A stretch of 64,000 bases of DNA from positions 4,399-68,398 of the forward strand of contig OMXW01000004.1 in NCBI GenBank assembly GCA_900315085.1, written 5' to 3'. This document shows positions 9,656-20,893 of this stretch, one piece after another. This stretch comes from an uncultured Eubacteriales bacterium. Its GTDB lineage: Bacteria; Bacillota; Clostridia; Oscillospirales; Acutalibacteraceae. The notes beneath the pieces are model-generated. The model was given only the letters and a program-made list of their open reading frames with translations, was not told the DNA's origin and made no database searches. The position numbers were made by a program, and so were the translations under genes. Each line of letters starts with the position of its first letter. The stretch's first letter is position 1.

Positions 9656-10520
9656 TTTTACTGAGTATATCGAAACCGAGCTTTACAGCTACTTGCCCGA
9701 CGAAAATTGCAGCGAAAGAGAGCTTATTGAGTCAATGAGATACAGCCTTGAGGCGGGCGGAAAGCGCGTTCGTCCTCAGCTGGTGCTCGAGTTCAACAAG
9801 ATTTGCGGAGGCAATCCCGACGCGGCAATGCCGTTCGCGGCGGCTGTGGAGATGATACACACCTACTCGCTTATTCACGACGACCTGCCCTGCATGGACG
9901 ACGACGACCTGCGCCGCGGCAAGCCCTCAAACCACAAGGTTTTCGGAGAGGATATCGCGCTGCTTGCGGGCGACGCTCTGCTCACCCTTGCATTTGAAAC
10001 GCTTACAAGCGACAAGGCGGTTATCTTCGCAGGCAATTCAGCCTGCTGCAAGGCTGTCAATATCCTCGCGAAGTACTCGGGCGCAAACGGAATGGTCGGC
10101 GGACAGGTTATCGACCTGCTCAGCGAGAACCGCCACGTGCCGCTTGAGCTAATACGCGAAATGGACTACAAAAAAACCGCCTGCCTTATCAAGGCGGCGT
10201 GCGAGCTCGGATGTATCAGCGCGGCGGCGGAAAAGCCTCAGATCCTCGCGGCTTCACGCTACGGCGAGTGCATCGGAATAGCGTTCCAGATTCAGGACGA
10301 CATCCTCGACTGCACTTCAACCGACGAACAGCTCGGCAAGCCCGTGGGAAGCGACTGGGACAAGATGAAATCGACCTATGTATCTCACCTCGGCGTTGAA
10401 AAATGCCGTCAGCTTGTAAACGAGCTGACCGACGCGGCAATCGCGTCTCTCGGAGCGTTCGAGGAGGACACCGAGAATCTTAAGGAGTTCGCGCTCAGTC
10501 TTGCGAACCGAACAAAATAA
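9648..10520 (+). CDS. ispA: Geranyltranstransferase / FPP synthase
   Basis: GGKRVRP, HTYSLIHDDLPCMDDDDLRRG, FQIQDDILD. Confidence 0.95.
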   Translation: MNNFTEYIETELYSYLPDENCSERELIESMRYSLEAGGKRVRPQLVLEFNKICGGNPDAAMPFAAAVEMIHTYSLIHDDLPCMDDDDLRRGKPSNHKVFGEDIALLAGDALLTLAFETLTSDKAVIFAGNSACCKAVNILAKYSGANGMVGGQVIDLLSENRHVPLELIREMDYKKTACLIKAACELGCISAAAEKPQILAASRYGECIGIAFQIQDDILDCTSTDEQLGKPVGSDWDKMKSTYVSHLGVEKCRQLVNELTDAAIASLGAFEEDTENLKEFALSLANRTK

Positions 10521-10541
10521 AACACAGGAAATGGTAAATTT

Positions 10542-12419
10542 ATGAGTGAATATAAGCTTCTTCCTTCAATACAGTCGCCTGCCGACGTAAAGAAGCTTGG
10601 GGAAGATAAAATAGCTGAGCTTTGCGCTGAAATCAGAGAAAAGCTGATTGAGGTAGTCTCCGAAAACGGCGGCCACCTTTCGCCTAATCTCGGCGTGGTT
10701 GAGCTTACGGTCGCGCTCCACAAGTGCTTTGACTTTCCAAAGGACAGCATAGTATGGGACGTCGGCCACCAAAGCTACACCCACAAGCTGCTGACGGGGC
10801 GCTATTCTCAGTTTCATACATTGCGCCAAAAAGACGGAATATCGGGCTTTCCAAAGCGAGAGGAAAGCGTATACGACGACTTTAACACAGGCCACAGCAG
10901 CACGTCTATTTCGGCGGCGTTCGGAATAGCAAACGCAAAGCAGCTCAGCGGCGACAACAGCTACACAATAGCGGTAATAGGAGACGGCTCTCTGACGGGC
11001 GGTCTTGCCTTTGAGGCTGTAAACAACGCCGGACAGTTCAACAGGAATTTCATCGTTGTGCTCAACGATAATAAAATGTCAATCTCGAAGAACGTGGGAG
11101 CCATCCCGCGTTATCTTACGACCGTCAGAATCCAGCCGTGGTACATCAGAATCAAAAACGGCACGGTGCGCGTGCTTTCAAAGATTCCGCTGCTCGGAAG
11201 GTTAATGAAAGCGGTTCTGCGCAAGAGCAAGTCAAGGGTTAAGAACCTTGTGTACAAAAACACCCTTTTTGACTGCTTCGGCTTTACATATCTCGGTCCG
11301 ATTGACGGCCACAACGTAGAGGAACTTGAAAACGCGTTCAAGGTTGCCAAAAAGGAAACCGGACCTGTTTTTCTGCACGTTGTAACCAAAAAGGGCAAGG
11401 GCTACAAGCCTGCCGAGGAAAAGCCGGGCGATTTCCACGGCATAGGACAATTTGATATAGATTCGGGTGAGCCGCTTTCAAGCCACAAGGGATTTTCCGC
11501 CGAGTTCGGAAAGACCATGTGCGAGCTTGCCGACAAGGACGATAAAATCTGCGCAATCACCGCCGCAATGGCAAGCGGAACGGGACTAAAGGATTTTGCA
11601 AAGCAGCACAAGCGCAATTTCTTTGATGTGGGAATAGCCGAGGAGCACGCCGTGACCTTTGGCTGCGGACTTGCGTCACGAGGCTACAGACCGGTTTTCG
11701 CGGTGTACTCAACGTTTTTGCAGCGCGCTTACGACCAGCTTATTCACGACGCCGCGCTCGGAAAAAACCACATCGTGCTCGGAATCGACAGAGCAGGAAT
11801 CGTTGGCGACGACGGCGAAACCCACCAGGGAGTTTTTGACGTTTCAATGCTCAACTCTATCCCGGGTTCGGTGATCTATTCTCCTACCTATTTTGAGGGA
11901 CTTCGCCTCGCCTTAAACGACAGCATTTACAACTGCGAGGGACTTGCCGCAGTGCGCTATCCGCGCGGAGGCGAGCTGTACCGACCCGACGATTTCACAT
12001 CCGAGAGCATCGACTACAACACCTACGGCAACCCGAATGTTGACAACGTAATAGTAACCTACGGCAGAACCTTCTCATACGCCTGCCGCGCCAAGAAAAT
12101 TTTGGATGAGCAGGGAATTGAGGTCTGTCTGCTAAAGCTTTGCAGAATCAAGCCGATAAATACCCAAACCGTAAACTTTGCCTCGTGCTTCAAGAACGTT
12201 TGGTTTTTTGAGGAGGGCATCAAAAACGGCGGAATAGCAAAGAATTTCAGCGATCTACTCGCCCTCACGGATTTCACGGGCAACTATCACATCAAGGCGA
12301 TAAACGATAAATTTGTAAAGCAGATGTCGGTTATTCAGGCGCTCGCTATGCTCAAGCTCGACGCTCAGGGGATTGCGGACGTCATAAAAAAGGATTTAGG
12401 CTATGAAGAAACGACTTGA
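10542..12419 (+). CDS. dxs: 1-deoxy-D-xylulose-5-phosphate synthase
   Basis: GGHLSPNLG, WDVGHQSY, GHSSTSISAA, GDGSLTGG, DVGIAEEH, DGETHQG. Confidence 0.98.
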   Translation: MSEYKLLPSIQSPADVKKLGEDKIAELCAEIREKLIEVVSENGGHLSPNLGVVELTVALHKCFDFPKDSIVWDVGHQSYTHKLLTGRYSQFHTLRQKDGISGFPKREESVYDDFNTGHSSTSISAAFGIANAKQLSGDNSYTIAVIGDGSLTGGLAFEAVNNAGQFNRNFIVVLNDNKMSISKNVGAIPRYLTTVRIQPWYIRIKNGTVRVLSKIPLLGRLMKAVLRKSKSRVKNLVYKNTLFDCFGFTYLGPIDGHNVEELENAFKVAKKETGPVFLHVVTKKGKGYKPAEEKPGDFHGIGQFDIDSGEPLSSHKGFSAEFGKTMCELADKDDKICAITAAMASGTGLKDFAKQHKRNFFDVGIAEEHAVTFGCGLASRGYRPVFAVYSTFLQRAYDQLIHDAALGKNHIVLGIDRAGIVGDDGETHQGVFDVSMLNSIPGSVIYSPTYFEGLRLALNDSIYNCEGLAAVRYPRGGELYRPDDFTSESIDYNTYGNPNVDNVIVTYGRTFSYACRAKKILDEQGIEVCLLKLCRIKPINTQTVNFASCFKNVWFFEEGIKNGGIAKNFSDLLALTDFTGNYHIKAINDKFVKQMSVIQALAMLKLDAQGIADVIKKDLGYEETT

Positions 12420-13209
12420 CGTACTTGTTTATGAAAAAGGCTTTGCCGAAAGCCGAGAAAAAGCCAAGGCTGTCATTATGGCAGGCTTGGTTTATGTTGA
12501 GAACCAAAAGGCGGACAAATGCGGCACCTCCTACGACGAAAACGTAAAAATCGAGGTCAGGGGAAGCGCGCTGAAATATGTAAGCCGAGGCGGTTTGAAG
12601 CTTGAAAAGGCAATCAATAACTTTGACCTTGATTTAAATGATAAAATAACAATGGATATAGGCGCGTCAACGGGCGGCTTCACCGACTGCATGCTTCAAA
12701 ACGGAGCAAAAAAGGTCTACTCAATCGACGTGGGCTACGGTCAGCTCGCGTGGAAGCTCAGGACCGACGAAAGGGTGGTCAACCTCGAGCGCACCAATAT
12801 GCGTAAGGTTACGCGCGAACAGGTTCCCGACGACATCGACTTCTTTTCGGTTGATGTTTCCTTTATATCTTTAAAGCTTATTCTGCCCGTAGCGCGTGAG
12901 CTTATGGCGGAAAACGCTCAGGCGGTCTGTCTTATAAAGCCGCAGTTTGAGGCTGGCAGGGAAAAGGTAGGAAAAAAAGGAGTTGTCCGCGACCCTAAGG
13001 TTCACTGCGAGGTCGTTGCGAATATCTACAACTTTTGCCTTGAAAACGGCTTTGACGTGCTCAACCTCGATTTCTCCCCAATCAAGGGACCTGAGGGGAA
13101 TATCGAGTACCTTATACATCTGCAAAAATCAGACGATCCGAAATCGTACACCGACGTAACACCCGAGCAGCTTGTTGAACGCTCGCACGCTCAGCTTGAT
13201 AACAGGTGA
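12403..13209 (+). CDS. tlyA: TlyA family rRNA 2'-O-methyltransferase
   Basis: S4 N-terminus KRLD, YVSRGGLKL, DIGASTGGFTD, KPQFEAG. Confidence 0.96.
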   Translation: MKKRLDVLVYEKGFAESREKAKAVIMAGLVYVENQKADKCGTSYDENVKIEVRGSALKYVSRGGLKLEKAINNFDLDLNDKITMDIGASTGGFTDCMLQNGAKKVYSIDVGYGQLAWKLRTDERVVNLERTNMRKVTREQVPDDIDFFSVDVSFISLKLILPVARELMAENAQAVCLIKPQFEAGREKVGKKGVVRDPKVHCEVVANIYNFCLENGFDVLNLDFSPIKGPEGNIEYLIHLQKSDDPKSYTDVTPEQLVERSHAQLDNR

Positions 13210-13213
13210 TTCC

Positions 13214-14074
13214 ATGAAAATTGCGATAATTGTTAACCTTACAAAAGAAAAGGCTATTTCCTGTTCGCGCGATATCATAGCTCTGCTCAAAAAGGGGCAG
13301 GCGGAAATATTGATGCCGCCCGACTGCAGGAATTACTATAAAAACGAAGATGTTCAAATCTGCGACTCGATCGAGAGCATGTTTGAGCAGAGCGACGCGG
13401 CAATAACCGTCGGCGGCGACGGAACGATTATTCACGCCGCAAAATACGCCGCACGCTCCGATACTCCTCTTATAGGCGTCAACGTGGGCAGACTCGGCTT
13501 TGCCGCCAACGTTGAGATAAACGAAATTGAAAGCCTGACAAAGCTTCTCAGCGGCGACTACACCGTTGAAAGCCGCACTCTGCTCGACGTTGAGGTAGTA
13601 AAGCCCAAAGGCTCAAGCCATCACCTCGCGGTAAACGACGCGGTCGTGGCGCACGGTCAGCTTTCAAAAATCGTTGACCTCCAACTATGGCTGGATGGCA
13701 CGCCGATTTCAAAATACCGCGCCGACGGACTTTTATTTTCAACGCCCACAGGCTCAACGGCTTATTCACTCTCCGCGGGCGGCCCGATACTCTCGCCGCA
13801 GATGGAGTGCATCCTAATGACGCCCGTGTGTCCTCACTCGCTTTTTTCGCGCTCGGTGCTGTTTGAGGGCAGCGCGGAGCTTGCGGTAACGGTAAAAATC
13901 CCGCCCGAGTGCAGCTGTCTGCTGACGATTGACGGCGAAAGAAACATAAATATTCTTGAGGACGACAGGGTAATAATTCGAAAATCAGAACTGAAGCTGA
14001 AACTGCTTTCGGTCAAATCATATAACTTTTACACCAAACTAAATGAGAAGCTAAAAGAAAGGGAGTTGTCATGA
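13214..14074 (+). CDS. nadK: NAD kinase
   Basis: GGDGT, GRLGF, ND, ADG..STPTGSTAYSLSAGGP. Confidence 0.96.
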   Translation: MKIAIIVNLTKEKAISCSRDIIALLKKGQAEILMPPDCRNYYKNEDVQICDSIESMFEQSDAAITVGGDGTIIHAAKYAARSDTPLIGVNVGRLGFAANVEINEIESLTKLLSGDYTVESRTLLDVEVVKPKGSSHHLAVNDAVVAHGQLSKIVDLQLWLDGTPISKYRADGLLFSTPTGSTAYSLSAGGPILSPQMECILMTPVCPHSLFSRSVLFEGSAELAVTVKIPPECSCLLTIDGERNINILEDDRVIIRKSELKLKLLSVKSYNFYTKLNEKLKERELS

Positions 14075-14517
14075 AAAGCGGACGACACGAAAAAATTCTA
14101 AGCATTATCTCTGAGTATTCAATAGAAACGCAGGACGAGCTGCTCAAAAAGCTAAAGGAAGCAGGCTACAAGGCAACTCAGGCAACGATCTCGCGCGACA
14201 TCAAGGAGCTTCGGCTCGTAAAAACTCTCGGCAGCGACGGAAAATACCGCTACGCCGCAGTATCTAACGGCGCGGATATCCGTTCAACCTTCGCCTCACT
14301 GTTTTCCGGCAGCGTTGTGGGAATTGACAACGCCCAGAACATCGTAGTTGTAAAAACCCTGAGCGGAATGGCAAATGCGGTCTGCGCGGCACTCGATTCA
14401 ATGGACAACACGGTTGTTGTTGGAACGATCGCGGGCGACGACACGATTTTCATCGCCTGCCGCTCAACCGAAAGCGCCGTAAATCTGTGCGATACCCTAA
14501 AGCAAATCCATAAGTAA
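14071..14517 (+). CDS. argR: Arginine repressor
   Basis: TQATISRDIKEL, GTIAGDDTIF. Confidence 0.97.
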   Translation: MKSGRHEKILSIISEYSIETQDELLKKLKEAGYKATQATISRDIKELRLVKTLGSDGKYRYAAVSNGADIRSTFASLFSGSVVGIDNAQNIVVVKTLSGMANAVCAALDSMDNTVVVGTIAGDDTIFIACRSTESAVNLCDTLKQIHK

Positions 14518-14530
14518 AAGGGATGAAATT

Positions 14531-16183
14531 ATGCTGCAAACCTTGTATATAGAAAACATTGCGGTAATTGAAAAAACCTCGATCGATTTCAACTCGGGAC
14601 TGAACGTCCTGACGGGTGAAACAGGCGCGGGTAAAAGTATAATCATAGACGCAATCAACGCCATCATGGGACAGCGCACCTCGCGCGATATCATCCGCAC
14701 TGGTGAAAAGTCCGCCTTTGTCAGCGCGCAGTTTGACAACATCGGAAAATCAGCGGAGGAAAAGCTTGCTGAGCTCGGCTTTGACTGTGAGGACGGAATA
14801 TTGATTTTGCAGAGAACGCTGAGCGCGAACGGTAAAAGCGTGTGCAAAATCAACGGCAGACCCGCCACAGTTTCCATGCTCAGGGCTTTGTCGCACAGCC
14901 TTATCAACATTCACGGCCAGCACGAAAGCTACGAGCTGTTTTCTCCCGAAACTCACATAGACTATATTGACAGCTACGGCGGCTGTGCCGAGCTTCTTAA
15001 TTCATATAAAGAAAAATACGAAGAATTTAAAATTCTTTCAAAGAATTTAAATCAGGCTAACACCGACGAATCCGAGCGCCTAAGAGAAATCGATTTGCTG
15101 CAGTACCAGTCGCAGGAGCTTTTTGACGCGGACTTAAACGTCGGCGAGGAGGAGCAGCTTGAAGCCGAGCGCGGCGCGCTGATGAACTTCGAGAAAATCT
15201 CATCGCTGTTAAACAAGGCCAAGCGCATGCTTGACGGCGATGACTCAAACGGAGGAATCGAAGCGCTTGACATTGCCTCAAACGCAATGCAGACCGCCGC
15301 GGAATACAACGACGAATACTCCGACATCTCCGAAAGCCTGACCGATATTTATTACAATCTCCGCGACGTCAGCGAAAGCATTGGCGACGCTATCGACGGA
15401 CTTGAAAGCGACCCTCAGCGGCTCGAGGAAATTGAGGAAAGACTTGATTTGCTCAACCGCCTGACGCGCAAATACAACTGCCCGTGCGACGAGCTTCCCG
15501 AGCTTGCCGAGAAAATGCAGGCGCGGCTTGAGGAGCTTATAAACTACGACAAAAACCGCGACGAGCTTGAAAAGAAGTGCAAAGCCGCAGAAGCCGAGGC
15601 GCAAAAAGCCGCAGAAAAACTGAGCCGTCTGCGCAAAGAAACCGCAAAGACCTTTGCCGAAAAGGTGAGGGAGGAAATGAGCTTTTTGAATATGCCCAAC
15701 GTAACCCTCGTGCCGTCCTTTGAGGAGGTCGAGTTGGGAGCAAAGGGTATTGACAAGGTCGAGCTTTTGATCTCCGCGAACCCCGGAGAAACTCCCAGAC
15801 CTGTCGCAAAAATTGCCTCGGGCGGCGAACTGTCGCGTATGATGCTCGCAATAAAAACCGTCCTCGCCGAATCCGACGAGGTAGATACCCTCATATTTGA
15901 CGAGGTAGACACCGGTATCTCCGGCTCAGCCGCCGAAAAGGTCGGCTTGAAGCTCAGAGAAGTCTCAAAATCCTGCCAGGTTCTCTGCGTTACTCACCAG
16001 GCGCAGATCGCCGCTCTTGCGGACACCCACTTGCTCATCTCAAAGCAGGTTGACAACGGCAGAACATTCACGGCTGTTACTCCGCTCAGCCATGACGAGC
16101 GCGTAAGGGAGCTTGCGCGGATTATCGGCGGAGTGAATATCACTCAGGCTGCGCTGTCGCACGCCGAGGATATGCTTAAATAA
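14531..16183 (+). CDS. recN: DNA repair protein RecN
   Basis: TGETGAGKS, HGQHE, ASGGELSR, FDEVDTGISG, THQAQIAA. Confidence 0.97.
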   Translation: MLQTLYIENIAVIEKTSIDFNSGLNVLTGETGAGKSIIIDAINAIMGQRTSRDIIRTGEKSAFVSAQFDNIGKSAEEKLAELGFDCEDGILILQRTLSANGKSVCKINGRPATVSMLRALSHSLINIHGQHESYELFSPETHIDYIDSYGGCAELLNSYKEKYEEFKILSKNLNQANTDESERLREIDLLQYQSQELFDADLNVGEEEQLEAERGALMNFEKISSLLNKAKRMLDGDDSNGGIEALDIASNAMQTAAEYNDEYSDISESLTDIYYNLRDVSESIGDAIDGLESDPQRLEEIEERLDLLNRLTRKYNCPCDELPELAEKMQARLEELINYDKNRDELEKKCKAAEAEAQKAAEKLSRLRKETAKTFAEKVREEMSFLNMPNVTLVPSFEEVELGAKGIDKVELLISANPGETPRPVAKIASGGELSRMMLAIKTVLAESDEVDTLIFDEVDTGISGSAAEKVGLKLREVSKSCQVLCVTHQAQIAALADTHLLISKQVDNGRTFTAVTPLSHDERVRELARIIGGVNITQAALSHAEDMLK

Positions 16184-16200
16184 CGAAAGGAAGCTGTACA

Positions 16201-18246
16201 TTGAAGCTATGGACAGTTGCTCCGCTCGATAAAGCGGAGGCTAACGAAATCCAAACTGAATACGGGCTGCCGCCTATAATCGCGATGCTGCTTCAAATCA
16301 GGAACATCAGAACGCGGGAGGAAATTGAGGATTTCCTGTTTAATGAGTCCCAAATCGCCTCACCGTTTGAAATAAAGGACATGGACAAAGCCGCGCGCCG
16401 AGTAACTCAGGCAATTGACAGCGGCGAGCTGATTTGTGTATACGGCGACTACGACGCCGACGGCGTAACCTCCACCGCGCTGCTGTATTCGTACCTTGCG
16501 GCGGTCGGAGCAAATGTGATTTACTACATACCCTCGCGTGAAACCGAAGGCTACGGCATGAACAAAAACGCCGTGGATATCCTGAACGGCAAGGGCGTTA
16601 ACCTTATCGTCACCGTTGACAACGGAATCGCCGCAAATGAGGAAATCGCCTACGCAAAGACGCTCGGAATCGAAACCGTCGTAACCGATCACCACACTCC
16701 GCTAAAGACAATTCCGGACGCGGTCGCGGTTGTAGATTTGCACCAAAAGGACTGTAAAAGCAAGTTCAAGCAGCTGTCAGGCGTGGGCGTTGCGTTCAAG
16801 CTGATTATGGCGCTTGAGGGCGAATACTGCAGCGTTGACGCTCTGCTTGACAACTACGCCGACTTGCTCAGTCTCGGCACTATCGGCGATATCGTCGATC
16901 TGCGCGGCGAGAACCGTGTGTTCGTAAAGCGCGGACTTGAAAGCCTTAAAAACACTGACCGTCCGGGTATTTCCGCGCTGATTTCGGCGTCTGGGCTTGA
17001 AGATAAACCGCTCACCGCAGGCAGAGTTTCATTTACGCTCGTGCCGCGGATAAATGCCGTGGGCAGGCTCGGACAATCGGGAAAATCCGTTCGGCTCCTC
17101 TTGACCGAGGACGAACAGGAAGCGGCAGAAATTGCGGGAGCAATGGACACCGACAACGCCGAGCGCAGGCAGATCGAAAGCAATATATTAGATCAGATCG
17201 ACGAAAAAATACGTAACAATCCCTCGCTTTTATTTGACAAGGTTATCGTAATTGACGGCCGCGACTGGCACCAGGGAGTAATCGGAATCGTCGCATCTCG
17301 AATCAAGGATGCGTTCGGCAAGCCGACAATTATCATCTCCGACGACGGTCAAAAGGCGAAGGCTTCGGGCAGAAGCGTAGAGGGCTTTCCGCTCTGTGAC
17401 GCTGTAGCCTACTGCGCGGATTTGCTCAATCACTACGGCGGGCATCCGATGGCGGCGGGACTTTCGCTTGAGAGCAAAAACATAGAATTATTCCGTAAAA
17501 GAATTAACAAGTTCGCCGACAGCTTCGGAAAAATGCCGTTTGACAGGCTCAACATCGAGTGCAAGCTCAACCCCGCGTATATTTCGGTTGATATGGTTGA
17601 CGACCTTTCTCACCTTCAGCCCTACGGCGCGGGCAACCCAACGCCTGTTTTCGGCTTTTACAACATGAAAATACAGGATATTATTCCTTTATCGAATAAT
17701 AAACACCTCAGACTATCCCTTGTAAGGGGGAACACAAGACTTACCGCAATGATGTTCTTCACGTCAAGTCAGGAATTTCCGTTCCAAAAGGGCGAGACGG
17801 TAGATATTGCCGCCACTCTCGACATCAGCGAATACGGCGGAAACCGCAGTGTGTCGGTCATCGTCAAGGATGTAAAGGCGTCAGCCGACGACACTGAGGC
17901 GATTCTTGAAAGCGGCAGGATTTTTGAGGATTTTTGCCGCACAGCGGTAAAGAATAAGAATGAACTGAGAACAATTCTTCCCGAAAGAGCGGATTTTGCT
18001 GAGGTTTACCGCTATCTCCGCTCGCAGGGAGAATTTCACCACAAGCCCGAGCATATGGTTCATGTGTTCGGAAACAGAATTTCCTACGGTAAAATCAGAG
18101 TGATTCTTGAGGCAATGAAACAGCTTGGGTTGATTGAATTTGCCGAGGGAATCAAGAGCAGCAGGATCAGTCTGCTGAGCGTTTCGGGCAGGGTAGACCT
18201 TGAAACCGCCGATATCATCAGGAAAATCAGGGAGGCTTTGCAATGA
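16201..18246 (+). CDS. recJ: ssDNA exonuclease RecJ
   Basis: YGDYDADG, TVDNG, TDHH, PRINAVGR, GGHPMAAG; TTG start. Confidence 0.96.
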   Translation: MKLWTVAPLDKAEANEIQTEYGLPPIIAMLLQIRNIRTREEIEDFLFNESQIASPFEIKDMDKAARRVTQAIDSGELICVYGDYDADGVTSTALLYSYLAAVGANVIYYIPSRETEGYGMNKNAVDILNGKGVNLIVTVDNGIAANEEIAYAKTLGIETVVTDHHTPLKTIPDAVAVVDLHQKDCKSKFKQLSGVGVAFKLIMALEGEYCSVDALLDNYADLLSLGTIGDIVDLRGENRVFVKRGLESLKNTDRPGISALISASGLEDKPLTAGRVSFTLVPRINAVGRLGQSGKSVRLLLTEDEQEAAEIAGAMDTDNAERRQIESNILDQIDEKIRNNPSLLFDKVIVIDGRDWHQGVIGIVASRIKDAFGKPTIIISDDGQKAKASGRSVEGFPLCDAVAYCADLLNHYGGHPMAAGLSLESKNIELFRKRINKFADSFGKMPFDRLNIECKLNPAYISVDMVDDLSHLQPYGAGNPTPVFGFYNMKIQDIIPLSNNKHLRLSLVRGNTRLTAMMFFTSSQEFPFQKGETVDIAATLDISEYGGNRSVSVIVKDVKASADDTEAILESGRIFEDFCRTAVKNKNELRTILPERADFAEVYRYLRSQGEFHHKPEHMVHVFGNRISYGKIRVILEAMKQLGLIEFAEGIKSSRISLLSVSGRVDLETADIIRKIREALQ

Positions 18247-20438
18247 GCAAATATTCAAATGTAGCGCATTATCAGGATTTTTCCGAGCTTTTGAGCATAC
18301 TTGAGCGCACGGATAATCAGGCTGATATAGAAAAAATAACCTCGGCTTACGAATTTGCCGAGAGCTGTCACGGCGACCAGCGCAGGGTATCGGGTATTCC
18401 GTATATTCTTCACCCGACCTCTGTTGCGTGTATTGTAGCGGAGCTTGGAATGGACTCGGACACGATCTGCGGCGCGCTGCTCCACGACGTTGTTGAGGAC
18501 ACTCCCGTAACGCTTGAAACAATCAGCAAAAAGTTCGGCGTAGACGTAACAAAGCTGATTGACGGCGTAACAAAGATTTCCAAAATCCCGTATTCCTCGC
18601 GCGAGGAGCAGCAGGCGGAGAACATCCGCAAAATGCTAATCGCTATGGCGGATGACATCAGGGTAATCATCATCAAGCTTGCGGACAGACTTCACAACAT
18701 GCGTACAATGGACTGTATGCCCGAACAAAAGCGCCGCGACAAATCGCTTGAAAACATGCAGGTGTTCGCGCCCATAGCACACCGCCTCGGTATCAAAACC
18801 ATCAAGGAGGAGCTTGAGGACCGCTCGCTGCAGTACCTCGACCCCATAGGCTACAAGGAAATTGAGGACACCCTTCTCATGACCGAGGAGGGCAGAGAGC
18901 GTTTTATCGAGTCGATCAAGGAGCAGATCGACGAGAAAATCAAGCATACGATCCCGAATGTGTTCATCAGCGGCAGGGTAAAGAGCATCAACAGCATTTA
19001 CCGCAAAACGATAATGCGCAACCAGACTATCGATCAGATTTTTGATGTATTCGCTGTAAGGGTAATCGTAGACACTGTGCCCGACTGCTACAACGTACTC
19101 GGTGTTGTTCACGACGTTTTCAAGCCGATTCCCAACCGCTTCAAGGATTATATATCCATGCCCAAGCCGAATATGTACCAGAGCCTTCACACCACCGTGC
19201 TCGACAAAAACGCGATCCCGTTTGAGGTTCAAATCAGAACATGGGAGATGCACTACACCGCCGAATACGGAATCGCGGCTCACTGGAAATACAAGCTCGG
19301 AATGAGCGGAAACGCAAAGGGCGACGAAAGAGTCAAGAAGAACATTGAAAAAGTCAAGAGCATGATTCTTGAACAGCTCGAGGCTGAGGACGCGACAGAC
19401 ATCGCCAGAAATATCCGAAACGACTTCGGCGAAAACGACGTTTATGTGTTCACCCCGAAGGGCGACGTAATGAATCTGCCGCGCGGCTCAACACCAATCG
19501 ATTTGGCGTATCTTATCCACACTCAGGTAGGACACCGAATGGTGGGGGCTAAAATAAACGGCAAGATCGTTCCCATAGATTACCAACTTAAAACAGGCGA
19601 TATCTGCGAAATCATCACCCAGAAAAGCGAGCATCCAAACCGCTCATGGATCGATATCTGCAAGACCGCCTCGGCAAAATCGAAGATTCGCCAGTGGTTC
19701 AAGCATGAACGCCGCGAAGAAAACATCGTTGAGGGCAAGCAGATGCTCGAACGCGAGTTTAAGCGGCACGGAATCAATCTGACTGAGGACGAATATCCCG
19801 AGTTTTTCAAGAGCCTTACAATCAAAAAGCAGTACAATACAATAGATGATTTCTACGCGGCAATCGGCTACGGCGGAATCCAGCTATGGAAGATCATGCC
19901 GCGCTTAAAGGACGAATATCAAAAGACCTACGCGCACGATATTGAAAATATCACCGTGCCGCAGGCTCCCGTAAAGCGTTCAAAGGCAAGCTCGGGCGTA
20001 ATAATCGAGGGCAACGATGATGTTCTCGTAAAATTCTCGAACTGCTGCAATCCGCTCCCGGGCGACGAGATCATTGGATATATCACGCGCGGCTACGGCG
20101 TTTCGATCCACAAGAGAAGCTGTACAAACGTTCCGCGGGATTTAAGTCAGTGCGAGGAGCCTCAGCGCTGGGTACAGGCGCGCTGGGAGGAAAAGGCGGG
20201 CGAGGCGTTCCGCAGCACATTGCAAATTTTTGCCAACGACCGCACAGGCTTGCTTGCCGACGTAACGATAAAGCTTTCGCAGATGCACATCTTCATTCAC
20301 ACGCTTAATTCGCGCGAGCTTAAAAACGGAAAAGCGGTTGTAACAATAACGATCGACGTAGCAGGACGCGACCACCTTCGCGGAGTAATTTCAAAGCTCA
20401 GCGACATAAACGGAATAGAGGAGATCAACAGAATCTGA
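18243..20438 (+). CDS. relA: Bifunctional (p)ppGpp synthetase/hydrolase Rel
   Basis: LHDVVEDT, IKLADRLHNMRT, YQSLHT, EVQIRT, TGS and ACT domains. Confidence 0.97.
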   Translation: MSKYSNVAHYQDFSELLSILERTDNQADIEKITSAYEFAESCHGDQRRVSGIPYILHPTSVACIVAELGMDSDTICGALLHDVVEDTPVTLETISKKFGVDVTKLIDGVTKISKIPYSSREEQQAENIRKMLIAMADDIRVIIIKLADRLHNMRTMDCMPEQKRRDKSLENMQVFAPIAHRLGIKTIKEELEDRSLQYLDPIGYKEIEDTLLMTEEGRERFIESIKEQIDEKIKHTIPNVFISGRVKSINSIYRKTIMRNQTIDQIFDVFAVRVIVDTVPDCYNVLGVVHDVFKPIPNRFKDYISMPKPNMYQSLHTTVLDKNAIPFEVQIRTWEMHYTAEYGIAAHWKYKLGMSGNAKGDERVKKNIEKVKSMILEQLEAEDATDIARNIRNDFGENDVYVFTPKGDVMNLPRGSTPIDLAYLIHTQVGHRMVGAKINGKIVPIDYQLKTGDICEIITQKSEHPNRSWIDICKTASAKSKIRQWFKHERREENIVEGKQMLEREFKRHGINLTEDEYPEFFKSLTIKKQYNTIDDFYAAIGYGGIQLWKIMPRLKDEYQKTYAHDIENITVPQAPVKRSKASSGVIIEGNDDVLVKFSNCCNPLPGDEIIGYITRGYGVSIHKRSCTNVPRDLSQCEEPQRWVQARWEEKAGEAFRSTLQIFANDRTGLLADVTIKLSQMHIFIHTLNSRELKNGKAVVTITIDVAGRDHLRGVISKLSDINGIEEINRI

Positions 20439-20893
20439 TGAAGGCGATAATTCAAAGAGTCAGCGGCGCTCAGGTAGCCGTTGAAAATGAAATAACCGGA
20501 AAAATAGATAAAGGCTTTCTTATTCTGCTCGGAGTTGAGCAGGAGGACGATGAAACCGAGGCAAGAGTACTCGCAAAGAAAATCGCGGGACTGCGCGTTT
20601 TCACCGACGAAAACGACAAAATGAACCTTGCGCTCTCGGACATCGGCGGAGGCACGTTGGTAATCTCAAACTTCACGCTCTGCGCCGACTGCTCACACGG
20701 CAGACGACCGAACTTTATAGCCGCCGCAAGACCGGAAAAAGCCGAGCCGCTTTACGAATACTTCTGCGCTCAGCTAAAGGAAAACGGAGTTTCTCAGGTA
20801 GAAAAGGGCGTATTCGGCGCGGATATGCAGGTGTCGCTCGTAAACGACGGCCCTGTGACAATAGACATTAATTCAAAGGATTTAAAGCGATGA
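20438..20893 (+). CDS. dtd: D-aminoacyl-tRNA deacylase
   Basis: MKAIIQRV, SNFTL, GRRP, NDGPVT. Confidence 0.96.
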   Translation: MKAIIQRVSGAQVAVENEITGKIDKGFLILLGVEQEDDETEARVLAKKIAGLRVFTDENDKMNLALSDIGGGTLVISNFTLCADCSHGRRPNFIAAARPEKAEPLYEYFCAQLKENGVSQVEKGVFGADMQVSLVNDGPVTIDINSKDLKR